A DNA stretch of 64,000 nucleotides from the NCBI RefSeq assembly GCF_055900595.2, contig NZ_CM148325.1; one strand, given 5' to 3'. Within the stretch, counting starts at the first letter, position 1; every line of letters starts with the position of its first letter. Made by a program: the position numbers and the translations under genes. Positions 50,433 through 64,000 of this stretch are shown here, piece after piece. Under the pieces are notes generated by a model. The model was not told the DNA's origin and did no database searches. It saw only the letters and a list, made by a program, of their open reading frames with translations.

Positions 50433-51644
50433 TCAGGCATCGGCGCACGGCTGCATTCGTGATTTTCGACTCATCAAAATAAACACCGCTAATCCAGCAA
50501 CAAGAATACCCGGCGCAGATGCGGCCATTACGCCAACCGTGCCAGTGCCTAATGCCAGCATTTTCCCTGCCAGCAACGGGCCGCTCATGGCACCCAGACG
50601 CCCAATCGCCACGGCGGTTCCCACGCCGGTTGCGCGGATCTGCGAACTGTAAAACAACGGAGCCAATGCATACAAAACGCTTTGCCCACCTGTTGCAAAC
50701 AACCCTGCGACGAATCCCGCCAGCAACATACCGTTAAATGATGACACTGTTCCCAGCGCTAACAGCGAAGCTAACATACCGCTATAAATCAGTAGCGACA
50801 TGGTCATTGGACGCAGTTTATCCATCAGTGCGCCCAATATTAACGTCCCGCTTGCCGCCCCCATTTGTAGTGCAAACATCACCCCTGCCGCCTGCGATGG
50901 CTGGAATCCTTGTTCCACTAAAAGCAGCGGTAGCCAGTTGATCAACATGTAGACCACCAGCAAAGTGAAGAAATAACACAACCACAGCAGCAGCGTTGCG
51001 GTTGCCGTGTCGGGCGCAAATAACGCACGCAGCGGCGGCGCAGCCTGTTTTTCGCCAGCGAACACCATCGACTCCGGCAGCCAGCGCATTAACAGCGGCA
51101 CCAGAATCAACGGCACCACACCACCTACCCAAAACACCGTTTGCCAGGCTAAGTTTGCCCCCGCGAAACCCAGTGTCGCCGCCAGCGCCGCGCCAATGGG
51201 AACACCGCAATACATCAGGCTCACTGCCCTCCCACGAAAACGTGGACCCGCGGCTTCAGACGTCAGGGCGATAAGATTCGGCAACGCCGCCCCCAGCCCG
51301 ACACCGGTCATCAGCCGCGCAAAGACCAGTGAGGGGAAATCCCAGGCAATCGCCGTTGCCAGTGAGAACAAACCAAACAGCGCAACTGAGCCAATCAAAA
51401 TGCGCTTGCGACCATAACGGTCCGCCAGCATTCCACCAACCAACGCGCCGGGTAGCAAACCGAGTATTCCGGCGCTGAATATCCAACCCATTTGCATTTT
51501 ATCGAGTGCAAAAGCCTGGGCGATGCCACCCGCCGCAATGCCAGCCGCCTGAAGATCCAGTCCTTCCATCAGAGCGACCAAAAAACAAAGCCCGATGGTC
51601 AGCATCAGGCGGGATGAAGATGATGAAGGGGTACGAGTCGACAT
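50433..51644 (-). CDS. mhpT: 3-(3-hydroxyphenyl)propionate MFS transporter MhpT
   Basis: ORF track 50433..51713; start placed at MSTRTPSSSSSRLMLT (403 aa). Confidence 0.9.
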   Translation of the reverse strand: MSTRTPSSSSSRLMLTIGLCFLVALMEGLDLQAAGIAAGGIAQAFALDKMQMGWIFSAGILGLLPGALVGGMLADRYGRKRILIGSVALFGLFSLATAIAWDFPSLVFARLMTGVGLGAALPNLIALTSEAAGPRFRGRAVSLMYCGVPIGAALAATLGFAGANLAWQTVFWVGGVVPLILVPLLMRWLPESMVFAGEKQAAPPLRALFAPDTATATLLLWLCYFFTLLVVYMLINWLPLLLVEQGFQPSQAAGVMFALQMGAASGTLILGALMDKLRPMTMSLLIYSGMLASLLALGTVSSFNGMLLAGFVAGLFATGGQSVLYALAPLFYSSQIRATGVGTAVAIGRLGAMSGPLLAGKMLALGTGTVGVMAASAPGILVAGLAVFILMSRKSRMQPCADA

Positions 51645-51714
51645 AAGATGAACCTCGTTGCGAATGCAGGTGAATCGCGGCTGATACATTGCCAGCCGCG
51701 TAATCAAAACCATT

Positions 51715-51835
<121 letters not shown>

Positions 51836-51843
51836 GCACGTTG

Positions 51844-52865
51844 TCAGCAGTCACATGATTTGTTGTTGCGCAGATCCAGCGCCACGTCGACGATCATATC
51901 CTCCTGGCCGCCGACCATCCGGCGTTTACCCAGCTCAACGAGAATATCCACCGCGCTTAAACCATAACGCGCCGCCGCCGTTTCACAGTGACGCAAAAAG
52001 CTTGAGTAAACACCAGCGTATCCCAGCGCCAGCGTTTCGCGGTCGACACGTACCGGACGATCCTGCAACGGACGCACCAGGTCGTCAGCGGCATCCATTA
52101 ACGCATAGAGATCGGTCCCATGCTGCCAGCCCAGTTTATCCGCGGCGGCAATAAACACTTCCAGCGGTGCGTTACCTGCACCCGCGCCCATCCCCGCGAG
52201 GCTAGCGTCGATGCGGTCACAGCCCTCTTCCACCGCCGCGATAGAGTTCGCCACACCAAGACTCAGGTTATGGTGAGCATGCATGCCAGTTTGCGTTTCC
52301 GGTTTGAGCACCGCTTTCAGGGCGCGGAAACGGTCGCGGATATCGCTCATGTTCATCGCACCGCCAGAATCCACCACATAAATACAGGTCGCACCGTAGC
52401 CTTCCATCAGCTTTGCCTGCTTTGCGAGATTCTCCGGCGTGGTCATGTGGCTCATCATCAGAAAGCCAACGGTATCCATTCCGAGTTCGCGGGCATACTG
52501 AATATGCTGAGCGGAAACATCAGCTTCGGTGCAGTGCGTAGCCACACGCACCACCCGCGCGCCAGCCTGCCAGGCATTTTTCAGATCGTGAATAGTGCCA
52601 ATTCCTGGCAGCAACAACGTCGCGATTTTGGCGTGCTTCACCACATCCGCCGCCGCTTCAATCCATTCAAGGTCGCTATGTGCGCCGAAACCATAGTTAA
52701 AGCTGGAACCCTGCAAACCATCGCCATGGGCCACTTCAATCGAATCCACGCGGGCATCATCCAGTGCTTTGGCAATCTGGCGGACATTTTCAAGTGAATA
52801 CTGATGACGAATGGCGTGCATACCGTCACGCAACGTGACGTCTGAAATATAAAGTTTTTTACCGT

Positions 52866-52869
<4 letters not shown>
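51844..52869 (-). CDS. mhpE: 4-hydroxy-2-oxovalerate aldolase MhpE
   Basis: ORF track, [19 protein letters not shown]. Confidence 0.95.
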
Positions 52870-54631
<1,762 letters not shown>

Positions 54632-55498
54632 TTAAGGACGTGCGAGGAAATTCAGTACCAGTTGATTGAAAGCGTCGGCATGTTCCCACTGAGCCCAGTG
54701 ACCACAGTCGCGGAAGATATGCAGCTCAGAACCGGCGATGCCAGAAAGCAGACGCAGCCCTGCGTCCATCGGCACAAAACGGTCGTTACGCCCCCAGACA
54801 ATCAGAGTTTGCGCTTTGATTTCCGCCAGACGTGGGCCAAAATCCGGGAACTGTTTCGGATTGGCTTCCAGGCTCTTAACGAAGTTTTCCAGGTGATCGC
54901 GACGCGACAGCATATTATTCAGGCGCGCTTCAAACAGGGCGTCAGTCAAATCGCTGGTATCGAAAACGAAGATATCCATCATCAGCTTCAGATTTTCGAT
55001 AGTCGGCTGGCGATAAAGCTGATTCAGTCGCTTAATGCCTTCAGTTGGCATCGGCGTAAACAAACTCATGCCACCTGTACCGCCGCCCATCAGCACCAGT
55101 TTGCCGACGCGCTCCGGCCAGTTAAGGGTGAACGCCACAGAACTGTGGCCGCCCATCGAGTTGCCCAGCAGGTGGATTTTGGCGATATCCAGTTGATCCA
55201 CCACGCTTTTCAGGATGCGCGCATTGAGATCCGATCGCGAACCACTGTTAACGATCGAATCGCTCTTACCCCAACCAGGACAATCCAGCAGGATCACCCG
55301 ATAACCCGCTTCTACCAGCGGATCGATATTGCGGCTGAAGTTCGCCCAGCCCGTAGCCCCCGGGCCGGAGCCGTGCAGCAGGACAACGGTTTCGTCGCCT
55401 TGACCGCAGTCATTAAAATGGATGCGCAGCGTTTTACCCGCTTCTTCTACATTTAGAAAACGGCTGGTGGCGGCTTCGGTTTGTGGCTGATAACTCAT
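54632..55498 (-). CDS. mhpC: C-C hydrolase MhpC (alpha/beta hydrolase)
   Basis: ORF track 54632..55561; start placed at [14 protein letters not shown]; GNSMGG motif. Confidence 0.9.
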
Positions 55499-55515
55499 CA
55501 TCTTCTCCTGCATAT

Positions 55516-56460
55516 TCAGTTCTCTGTTCTGGCGCTTAACGAGCCAAATCCGGCAATCCACTCCGGGATCGGGCGGTAATAACGCCCTTCGCTACGCCAG
55601 TTGCCAAACGCAGAAATAGCGGCAAAAGCAGCGACCCAGGTTTTGATTTCATGTGTCGACTTTCCTGCAATGGCGGAAAGCTCTTCGTTACTGACGGCAT
55701 CCAGTTCCTGTATGCGTCCCTGCTCCAGCAAAGACATGAACTGGTTATCCCAAATCGGGTTGAGCGGATGCAGAGTTCTCTGATCCTCAACAAACCTCTC
55801 AGCGGCGCTAATCACCCGTTGCTGGCGCATTTCGCGCTCATTGGCGGGCAAATCTTTCCCGCTACCCAACAGACGATCGCGCATATGGGCATCCGCTTTC
55901 GCCAGTTCTGGCACTGGCGGCTGATGGGAAAGCCCACCGGAACCCAGGAACAGCACGCGCTTATTCAGCGTGCTGGTGAAACGTCCAATGGCTTCACCCA
56001 ACATGCGGGTACGCTGAAAACCAGGTAGCGGCGTGGCGACACCGTTGATGAATACAGGTAGGACCGGCACCTTATCCAGCCCACCGAGCAAGAACTCCAG
56101 CGGCTGGGCGAACCCATGATCCACCTGCATACAGTAAGAAACGGCAAGATCAATCCCGCTCTTCATGACGGCATGTGCACAATCCTCCGCCAACTCCACA
56201 GGCACAGGAAGCTCTCCTGCCGCACTGCCGAAATCGCCAATTGCCGTCGCCCCAACGCCTAAACAGAAGGGTGGCATCACGTCATAGAAAAAACCGTTGT
56301 AATGATCTGGCGCAAACAGCACCACCAGTTCAGGGGAGAAGGCCGCAATACGCTCGCGGGCACTGGCAATCACGCCATTGACCTCATCGAGTATCTCTTG
56401 CGCCGGGTCGACATACCCTACCAGCGGCGAGTGGGAAAGACAGTGAAGATAAGCGTGCAT
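55516..56460 (-). CDS. mhpB: extradiol dioxygenase MhpB
   Basis: ORF track, 314 aa, [19 protein letters not shown]. Confidence 0.95.
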
Positions 56461-56461
56461 A

Positions 56462-58126
56462 TCAGGCTACCTTTTCGACAGAAACGTCGACATCAGGGCG
56501 GTTGAGTGTCATCACGGACGCCAGTTTATTCAGCGTATTACCCAGAGTTTGCGGAATGGCGATGGCGGCAACAAAGCGATCCGGGCGCATCACCACTAGC
56601 GAAGCATTATGTTGTGCGAACCAGCTACGCATGCGACCTTGCGTATCGCCCACGCGCAGCACGCCGTCGTAGTTATCCTGCGCGGTATGAATTTGCACAT
56701 CCGGCACCACCTGAATGAAGCGAGTACCCAGCGCGCGCCATTGCTGGATTTGCTCATCGCTCATCCCCCACAGTGGATTGCATCCCCAGCCAATTACCGC
56801 GAAGTTCGCGCCGATCGCGTTATCGAGCAACGTCACGTCGCCGTTTTCCAGCGTAACTTTCGGCTGAATAAACATCTTGCCGACCGGAGAGTGTTTCGCT
56901 TCGCCTTCACGCACCAGCGCACCGGCGTAATATTGCGGCATCGGCTTGAAGCGCATTTCGAGAAAGTAGCGTTTTACTGGCGGCAGATAATTCAGCAGCC
57001 AGGAAACACCGTCACGTAACGTACCCTGCCAGCGTTTCGGCGGAGCCAGTACGTTGCCCGCCGTCACCGACAGATCAATCATCGCTTTGGCGTGATCGCG
57101 ACGTTCTTGTTGATAGGTATCGAGCAGCGCATCGCGAGCTTTCCCCTGGATAACCAACGCCAGTTTCCAGGCGAGGTTAAAGGCGTCGCGCATACCACTG
57201 TTATAGCCCTGCCCCTGCCACACCGGCATGATATGTGCGGCATCGCCCGCCAGCAGTACGCGGTCAATACGAAAACGTTGTGCCAGTCGCGCGTTGTGGG
57301 TGTAGACACGCTGGCGAATCAACTCGACGTTGTCCGGATTAGGCAGCACTTTGCTTAACAGCTTGCGCATATTTTGCGGCTCGCGGAGCTGTTCTTCGGT
57401 TTCGCCCGGCATCACCATAAATTCAAAGCGACGTACCGCATGAGGCAGAGCCGCAGAAACATACGGGCGCACCGGATCGCAACACAAATAGATATGCGGC
57501 GTACTTAACGGATCGTTGGCGATATCCACCACAATCCACTGATTTGGTGCGGTTTTACCTTCAAACGGCACATTCAGGGTGCGCCGGACAAAACTTGCTC
57601 CACCGTCACAGGCTACCAGCCACTGGGCTTTGACCGTTTCCCGCTGCCCTTCTGCCGTTTTCAGATACAAGGTCACTTCGTCATCTTGCTGGCTGAAGGC
57701 CTCCAGCTCGCGGGAAAACAGGCAGCGCACATTCGGAAACCGCGACAACCCTTCCAGCATCACCGCATCGACCTGCGGCTGAATAAAGGCGTTACGACGC
57801 GGCCAGCCAAATTCATCGGTCATTGGCTGAATATCAGCAAAACAGCGGCCTTTTGGGGTAAGAAAACGCATCGCATGCCACGGCGTAGTGTGCGGCAGAA
57901 CATTATCGACAAGGTCAACCGACTGCATGGTGCGCAGCGCCTCGTCATCAATTCCAATCGCGCGTGGATAGTCGATCAACTTATCGAGTTTCTCCACCAC
58001 CAGCACGTCAATGCCCATCTGGCCGAGATAGTTCGCCATCATCAGCCCGACCGGACCGGCACCAGCGATCGCCACCTGAACGCAATGGTTAATAGCAGGC
58101 TGGATGTCAGGGTGTTGTATTGCCAT
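56462..58126 (-). CDS. mhpA: 3-(3-hydroxyphenyl)propionate hydroxylase MhpA (FAD monooxygenase)
   Basis: ORF track, 554 aa, [27 protein letters not shown]. Confidence 0.95.
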   Translation of the reverse strand: MAIQHPDIQPAINHCVQVAIAGAGPVGLMMANYLGQMGIDVLVVEKLDKLIDYPRAIGIDDEALRTMQSVDLVDNVLPHTTPWHAMRFLTPKGRCFADIQPMTDEFGWPRRNAFIQPQVDAVMLEGLSRFPNVRCLFSRELEAFSQQDDEVTLYLKTAEGQRETVKAQWLVACDGGASFVRRTLNVPFEGKTAPNQWIVVDIANDPLSTPHIYLCCDPVRPYVSAALPHAVRRFEFMVMPGETEEQLREPQNMRKLLSKVLPNPDNVELIRQRVYTHNARLAQRFRIDRVLLAGDAAHIMPVWQGQGYNSGMRDAFNLAWKLALVIQGKARDALLDTYQQERRDHAKAMIDLSVTAGNVLAPPKRWQGTLRDGVSWLLNYLPPVKRYFLEMRFKPMPQYYAGALVREGEAKHSPVGKMFIQPKVTLENGDVTLLDNAIGANFAVIGWGCNPLWGMSDEQIQQWRALGTRFIQVVPDVQIHTAQDNYDGVLRVGDTQGRMRSWFAQHNASLVVMRPDRFVAAIAIPQTLGNTLNKLASVMTLNRPDVDVSVEKVA

Positions 58127-58265
58127 TTCAGTACCTCACGACTCGGAAAAAATGCCGTTGCGCGCACAGTTCAACGCAACTTATTTTGTTAAAAACATGT
58201 AAATGATTTTTTATTGTGCGCTCAGTATAGGAAGGGTGTTTTCGGCTACAATCAAAACATGCCTG

Positions 58266-58286
58266 AGTGTGCACCAGGTGCACAAC
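58266..58286. promoter_or_regulatory. candidate MhpR operator palindrome (gtgcacc-a-ggtgcac) in the mhpR-mhpA divergent region
   Basis: Near-perfect 15-17 bp palindrome seen between the divergent mhpA and mhpR starts. Confidence 0.5.
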
Positions 58287-58316
58287 GTTGTTTTAAATAT
58301 AGAAATGTCAATTAAT

Positions 58317-59150
58317 ATGCAGAAAGATGAGCAGACGGAATACAAAACCGTGCGCGGCTTAACCCGCGGTCTAATGTTATTAAATATGTTAAATAAACTC
58401 GATGGCGGTGCCAGCGTCGGGCTGCTGGCGGAGCTCAGCGGCCTGCATCGCACCACTGTGCGGCGACTGCTGGAAACGCTGCAGGAAGAGGGATATGTCC
58501 GGCGCAGTACCTCCGATGACAGTTTTCGTCTGACCATCAAAGTGCGGCAATTAAGCGAAGGATTTCGTGACGAACAATGGATTTCTGCACTGGCAGCCCC
58601 GCTGCTGGGCGATCTGTTGCGCGAAGTGGTATGGCCGACAGATGTGTCCACGCTGGATGTTGATGCAATGGTGGTACGCGAAACCACCCACCGTTTCAGC
58701 CGTTTATCTTTTCACCGGGCAATGGTCGGACGGCGTTTACCGCTCCTGAAAACCGCCTCGGGACTGACCTGGCTGGCCTTTTGCCCGGAACAAGAACGCA
58801 AGGAGTTAATCGAAATGTTAGCCGCCCGCCCCGGTGATGACTATCAACTGGCACGGGAACCGTTAAAGCTGGAAGCCATTCTGGCGCGCGCACGCAAAGA
58901 GGGTTACGGACAGAACTACCGTGGCTGGGATCAGGAAGAGAAGATCGCCTCCATTGCCGTGCCCCTACGCAGTGAACAACGGGTGATTGGCTGTCTGAAT
59001 CTGGTGTATATGGCAAGCGCAATGACCATCGAACAGGCAGCGGAAAAGCATCTTCCGGCGCTACAACGGGTAGCAAAACAGATCGAAGAAGGGGTTGAAT
59101 CGCAGGCTATTCTGGTGGCCGGACGGCGAAGCGGCGTGCATTTACGCTAG
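58317..59150 (+). CDS. mhpR: IclR-family activator MhpR
   Basis: ORF track 58203..59150; start placed at MQKDEQTEYKTVRGLTRGL (277 aa). Confidence 0.9.
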   Translation: MQKDEQTEYKTVRGLTRGLMLLNMLNKLDGGASVGLLAELSGLHRTTVRRLLETLQEEGYVRRSTSDDSFRLTIKVRQLSEGFRDEQWISALAAPLLGDLLREVVWPTDVSTLDVDAMVVRETTHRFSRLSFHRAMVGRRLPLLKTASGLTWLAFCPEQERKELIEMLAARPGDDYQLAREPLKLEAILARARKEGYGQNYRGWDQEEKIASIAVPLRSEQRVIGCLNLVYMASAMTIEQAAEKHLPALQRVAKQIEEGVESQAILVAGRRSGVHLR

Positions 59151-59264
59151 TTGCGCCAATGTGTAATTTGGCCCATTCTCATCGTTATTCGCCCATTTGC
59201 CCACATGCACAGTACGGGCTGCACGCTACGCTAATGCCATCAATACTGTGATGTGGAGCAAATC

Positions 59265-60041
59265 ATGAAAATTACTCAAATTCGTAATGCCACCCAAATT
59301 ATCCAATACGCTGGCAAAACATTTCTTATTGACCCGTTACTCGCGCCTAAAGGAAGTTATCCGGGTTTTGCCGGAACGGCACGCGCAGAAATCCGCAATC
59401 CAACGGTAGAATTACCGTGCGATTTAACAACGTTACTCAACGTTGACGCCCTAATAGTGACCCATTTGCATGAAGATCATTGGGACGAAACAGCCTCCCG
59501 CGTCGTCCCCAAAGATAAACAGATTTATGTGCAAAATGAGCAAGATGCTGAATCACTGCATAAACAAGGATTTACGCATCTTACCGTACTTGCCGACGAG
59601 ACTAAATTTGGCGATATTACTCTGCATAAAACGACAGGGCAGCACGGCTCCGATCGCACCTATGCAGACCCGGCTATGGCGAAGCGTTTAGGCGCAGCCT
59701 GCGGCGTTGTTTTCCAGCACCCGACAGAGAAAACGCTCTATCTGGCTGGCGATACCCTCTGGCGTGATGACGTCGAGGCTACAATGCTAACTTTCCAACC
59801 AGAAGTGGTGGTGTTGAATGCCGGATTTGCGCATGTTCTGGGGCATGGCGCGATAATTATGGGAGCTGAAGATATTCTCAAAACACATTTTACCCTGCCA
59901 GAAGCGCAAATTGTCGCGACACATATGGAGGCCGTAAACCACTGTTTGCTGACGCGTGATGCGCTCAAGGAATACGCCAGAGATAATCAAATTATCGAAT
60001 TTGTGAACGTACCAGAAGATGGTGAAACGTTGACATTCTAA
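59265..60041 (+). CDS. metallo-beta-lactamase-fold hydrolase (HxHxDH motif THLHEDHWD), function unknown
   Basis: ORF track 59253..60041; start placed at MKITQIRNATQ with a GGAG RBS upstream; motif seen directly. Confidence 0.8.
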   Translation: MKITQIRNATQIIQYAGKTFLIDPLLAPKGSYPGFAGTARAEIRNPTVELPCDLTTLLNVDALIVTHLHEDHWDETASRVVPKDKQIYVQNEQDAESLHKQGFTHLTVLADETKFGDITLHKTTGQHGSDRTYADPAMAKRLGAACGVVFQHPTEKTLYLAGDTLWRDDVEATMLTFQPEVVVLNAGFAHVLGHGAIIMGAEDILKTHFTLPEAQIVATHMEAVNHCLLTRDALKEYARDNQIIEFVNVPEDGETLTF

Positions 60042-60060
60042 TTCGGAGATAAAGAGTGTT

Positions 60061-61014
60061 ATGCGCCCGCTAACTGTTGCCATTATCGCCGTTGCCGGTT
60101 TTAGTCCTTTTCACCTTTCCGTACCGTTTATCGTGTTTAGCGAAAAAATGGCGGAGAAAAAACGCTTTCATGTAATTATCTGCGCTGAAAAGCCGGGAAA
60201 TGTGGACTCTGCCGATGGGTTTTCCGTAACCGCCACCCATGACTATACGGCAGTCATCCAGGCGGATATTGTGATAATTCCTTACTGGGGAACAATTACA
60301 CAAAAACCGCCACAAAAACTGCTGGAAGCCTTAACGATCGCACGAGATAACGGGGCACAGATTGTCGGGCTTTGCCTGGGCACGTTTGTGCTCGGCTATG
60401 CAGGTTTACTGAACAATAAGCGTGCTGCCACGCACTGGGAGTTCGAGCGTGAATTTCAGGCACGTTTTCCACAAACACATCTGGATATTAACGCGTTGTA
60501 TGTAGACGATGATGGCATTATTACCTCTGCCGGTACTGCCGCGGCGCTGGATTGCTGTTTGTATATTGTTCGGCAACATTTTGGCAGCGACTATGCTAAC
60601 CATATTGCCCGACGGATGGTCGTACCGCCATATCGCACCGGCGGTCAGGCGCAGTTTATAGAGCAACCGGTGCCGAAAAATACCCATGATGAACGCATTA
60701 ACCTCCTGCTGGATTACCTGCGGCAAAACATTGCGCAACAGCATGATCTCGACTCGCTGGCTCAGCGAGTAATGATGAGTCGCCGCACACTAACCCGTCA
60801 TTTTATGAAAGCGACCGGTTCGAGTATCGCCGAATGGCTCATCACTGAACGCTTACGCCGTAGCCAGGAACTGTTGGGATCCAGTCAGTTGCCCGTTGAG
60901 CGGATAGCGGCTGAGGTGGGTTTTCTCTCACCTGTGACCTGGCGTCAGCATTTTAAATCTCACTTCGGCGTCAGCCCCGCAGAATGGCGCAAAACCTTTC
61001 GTGGTATGGCATGA
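60061..61014 (+). CDS. GlxA-type regulator: N-terminal DJ-1/PfpI-like domain + C-terminal AraC-family HTH
   Basis: ORF track, 317 aa; C-terminal AraC signature (...SPVTWRQHFKSHFGVSPAEWRK); RBS ggagataaag upstream. Confidence 0.85.
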   Translation: MRPLTVAIIAVAGFSPFHLSVPFIVFSEKMAEKKRFHVIICAEKPGNVDSADGFSVTATHDYTAVIQADIVIIPYWGTITQKPPQKLLEALTIARDNGAQIVGLCLGTFVLGYAGLLNNKRAATHWEFEREFQARFPQTHLDINALYVDDDGIITSAGTAAALDCCLYIVRQHFGSDYANHIARRMVVPPYRTGGQAQFIEQPVPKNTHDERINLLLDYLRQNIAQQHDLDSLAQRVMMSRRTLTRHFMKATGSSIAEWLITERLRRSQELLGSSQLPVERIAAEVGFLSPVTWRQHFKSHFGVSPAEWRKTFRGMA

Positions 61015-61015
61015 T
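60987..61015 (+). promoter_or_regulatory. lacI promoter (-35 gcgcaa, -10 catgat) lying inside the last ~10 codons of the upstream GlxA-type gene
   Basis: Sequence gaatggcgcaaaacctttcgtggtatggcatgatagcgcccggaag matches the classical lacI promoter region (site of the lacIq -35 change) from memory; here it is the 3' coding end of the upstream ORF. Confidence 0.7.
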
Positions 61016-61050
61016 AGCGCCCGGAAGAAAGTCAATTCAGGGTGGTGAAT

Positions 61051-62126
61051 GTGAAACCAGTAACGCTATACGATGTCGCGGAGTATGCCGGTGTCTCTTA
61101 TCAGACCGTTTCCCGCGTGGTGAATCAGGCCAGCCACGTTTCAGCGAAAACGCGGGAAAAAGTGGAAGCGGCGATGGCGGAGCTAAATTACATTCCCAAC
61201 CGCGTAGCACAACAGTTAGCGGGCAAACAGTCGTTGCTGATTGGCGTTGCCACCTCCAGTCTGGCCCTGCACGCACCGTCGCAAATTGTCGCGGCGATTA
61301 AATCTCGCGCCGATCAACTGGGTGCCAGCGTGGTGGTGTCGATGGTAGAAAGAAGCGGTGTCGAAGCCTGTAAAGCGGCAGTACACAATCTTCTCGCGCA
61401 ACGCGTAAGTGGTCTGATCATCAACTATCCGCTGGATGACCAGGATGCCATTGCTGTGGAGGCAGCCTGCGCTAATGTTCCGGCGCTATTTCTTGATGTC
61501 TCTGACCAGACTCCCATCAACAGTATTATTTTTTCCCATGAAGACGGTACGCGGCTGGGCGTAGAGCATTTGGTCGCATTGGGTCACCAGCAAATCGCGC
61601 TGTTAGCGGGCCCATTAAGTTCTGTCTCGGCGCGTCTGCGTCTGGCGGGCTGGCATAAATATCTTAAACACAATCAAATTCAACCGATAGCGGAACGGGA
61701 AGGCGACTGGAGCGCCATGTCCGGTTTTCATCAAACCATGCAGATGCTGAATGAGGGCATCATTCCTACCGCGATGCTGGTTGCCAACGATCAGATGGCG
61801 CTGGGTGCAATGCGCGCCATTACCGAGTTCGGGCTGCGCGTCGGCGCGGATATCTCGGTAGTGGGATACGACGATACCGAAGACAGCTCGTGTTATATCC
61901 CGCCATTAACGACCATCAAACAGGATTTTCGCCTGCTTGGGCAAACCAGCGTGGACCGCTTGCTGCAACTCTCTCAGGGCCAGGCGGTGAAGGGCAATCA
62001 GCTGTTGCCCGTCTCACTGGTGAAACGAAAAACCACCCTGCCACCCAATACGCAAACCGCTTCTCCCCAGGCGTTGGCTGATTCCTTAATGCAGCTGGCG
62101 CGACAAATTTCCCGACTGGAAAGCGA

Positions 62127-62133
<7 letters not shown>
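61051..62133 (+). CDS. lacI: lactose repressor LacI, GTG start
   Basis: ORF track 61042..62133; canonical start GTG AAA CCA GTA (MKPVTLYDVAEYAGVSYQTV), 360 aa. Confidence 0.95.

Positions 62134-64000
<1,867 letters not shown>

Overview
The window is an Escherichia coli-type chromosomal segment from a non-K-12 strain, read in the reverse of the usual K-12 map orientation. It runs from the 5' end of malZ through proY, brnQ, phoBR, sbcDC, araJ, mak, rdgC, ppnP, aroM-yaiA-aroL, yaiI, proC, dgcC, psiF-phoA, iraP, ddlA, yaiZ/Y/W, sbmA, ampH, yaiV, an intact yaiT autotransporter, hemB, tauABCD, frmRAB, yaiL, the mhp operon and lacI to the first ~580 codons of lacZ. Gene calls rest on the supplied ORF track plus my recognition of the protein sequences; no database search was run. 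Three blocks are absent from the K-12 gene order as I recall it. (1) A low-GC two-gene module between rdgC and ppnP: a Sec-signal 762-aa repeat protein translationally coupled to a 102-aa ORF, function unknown. This is the best candidate for an undescribed system. (2) A six-gene island between tauA and frmR: a UhpA/UhpB/UhpC-like sensing module fused to an AfuABC-type ABC importer. (3) A metallo-beta-lactamase-fold protein plus a GlxA/AraC-type regulator between mhpR and lacI, where the lacI promoter lies inside the 3' end of the regulator gene. No IS elements, integrases, tRNAs, rRNAs or CRISPR arrays were seen. Coordinates of hand-located sites (operators, hairpins, REP elements) are approximate to a few bp: at ampH my reading of the printed sequence disagreed with the ORF track by one base, and I followed the track.
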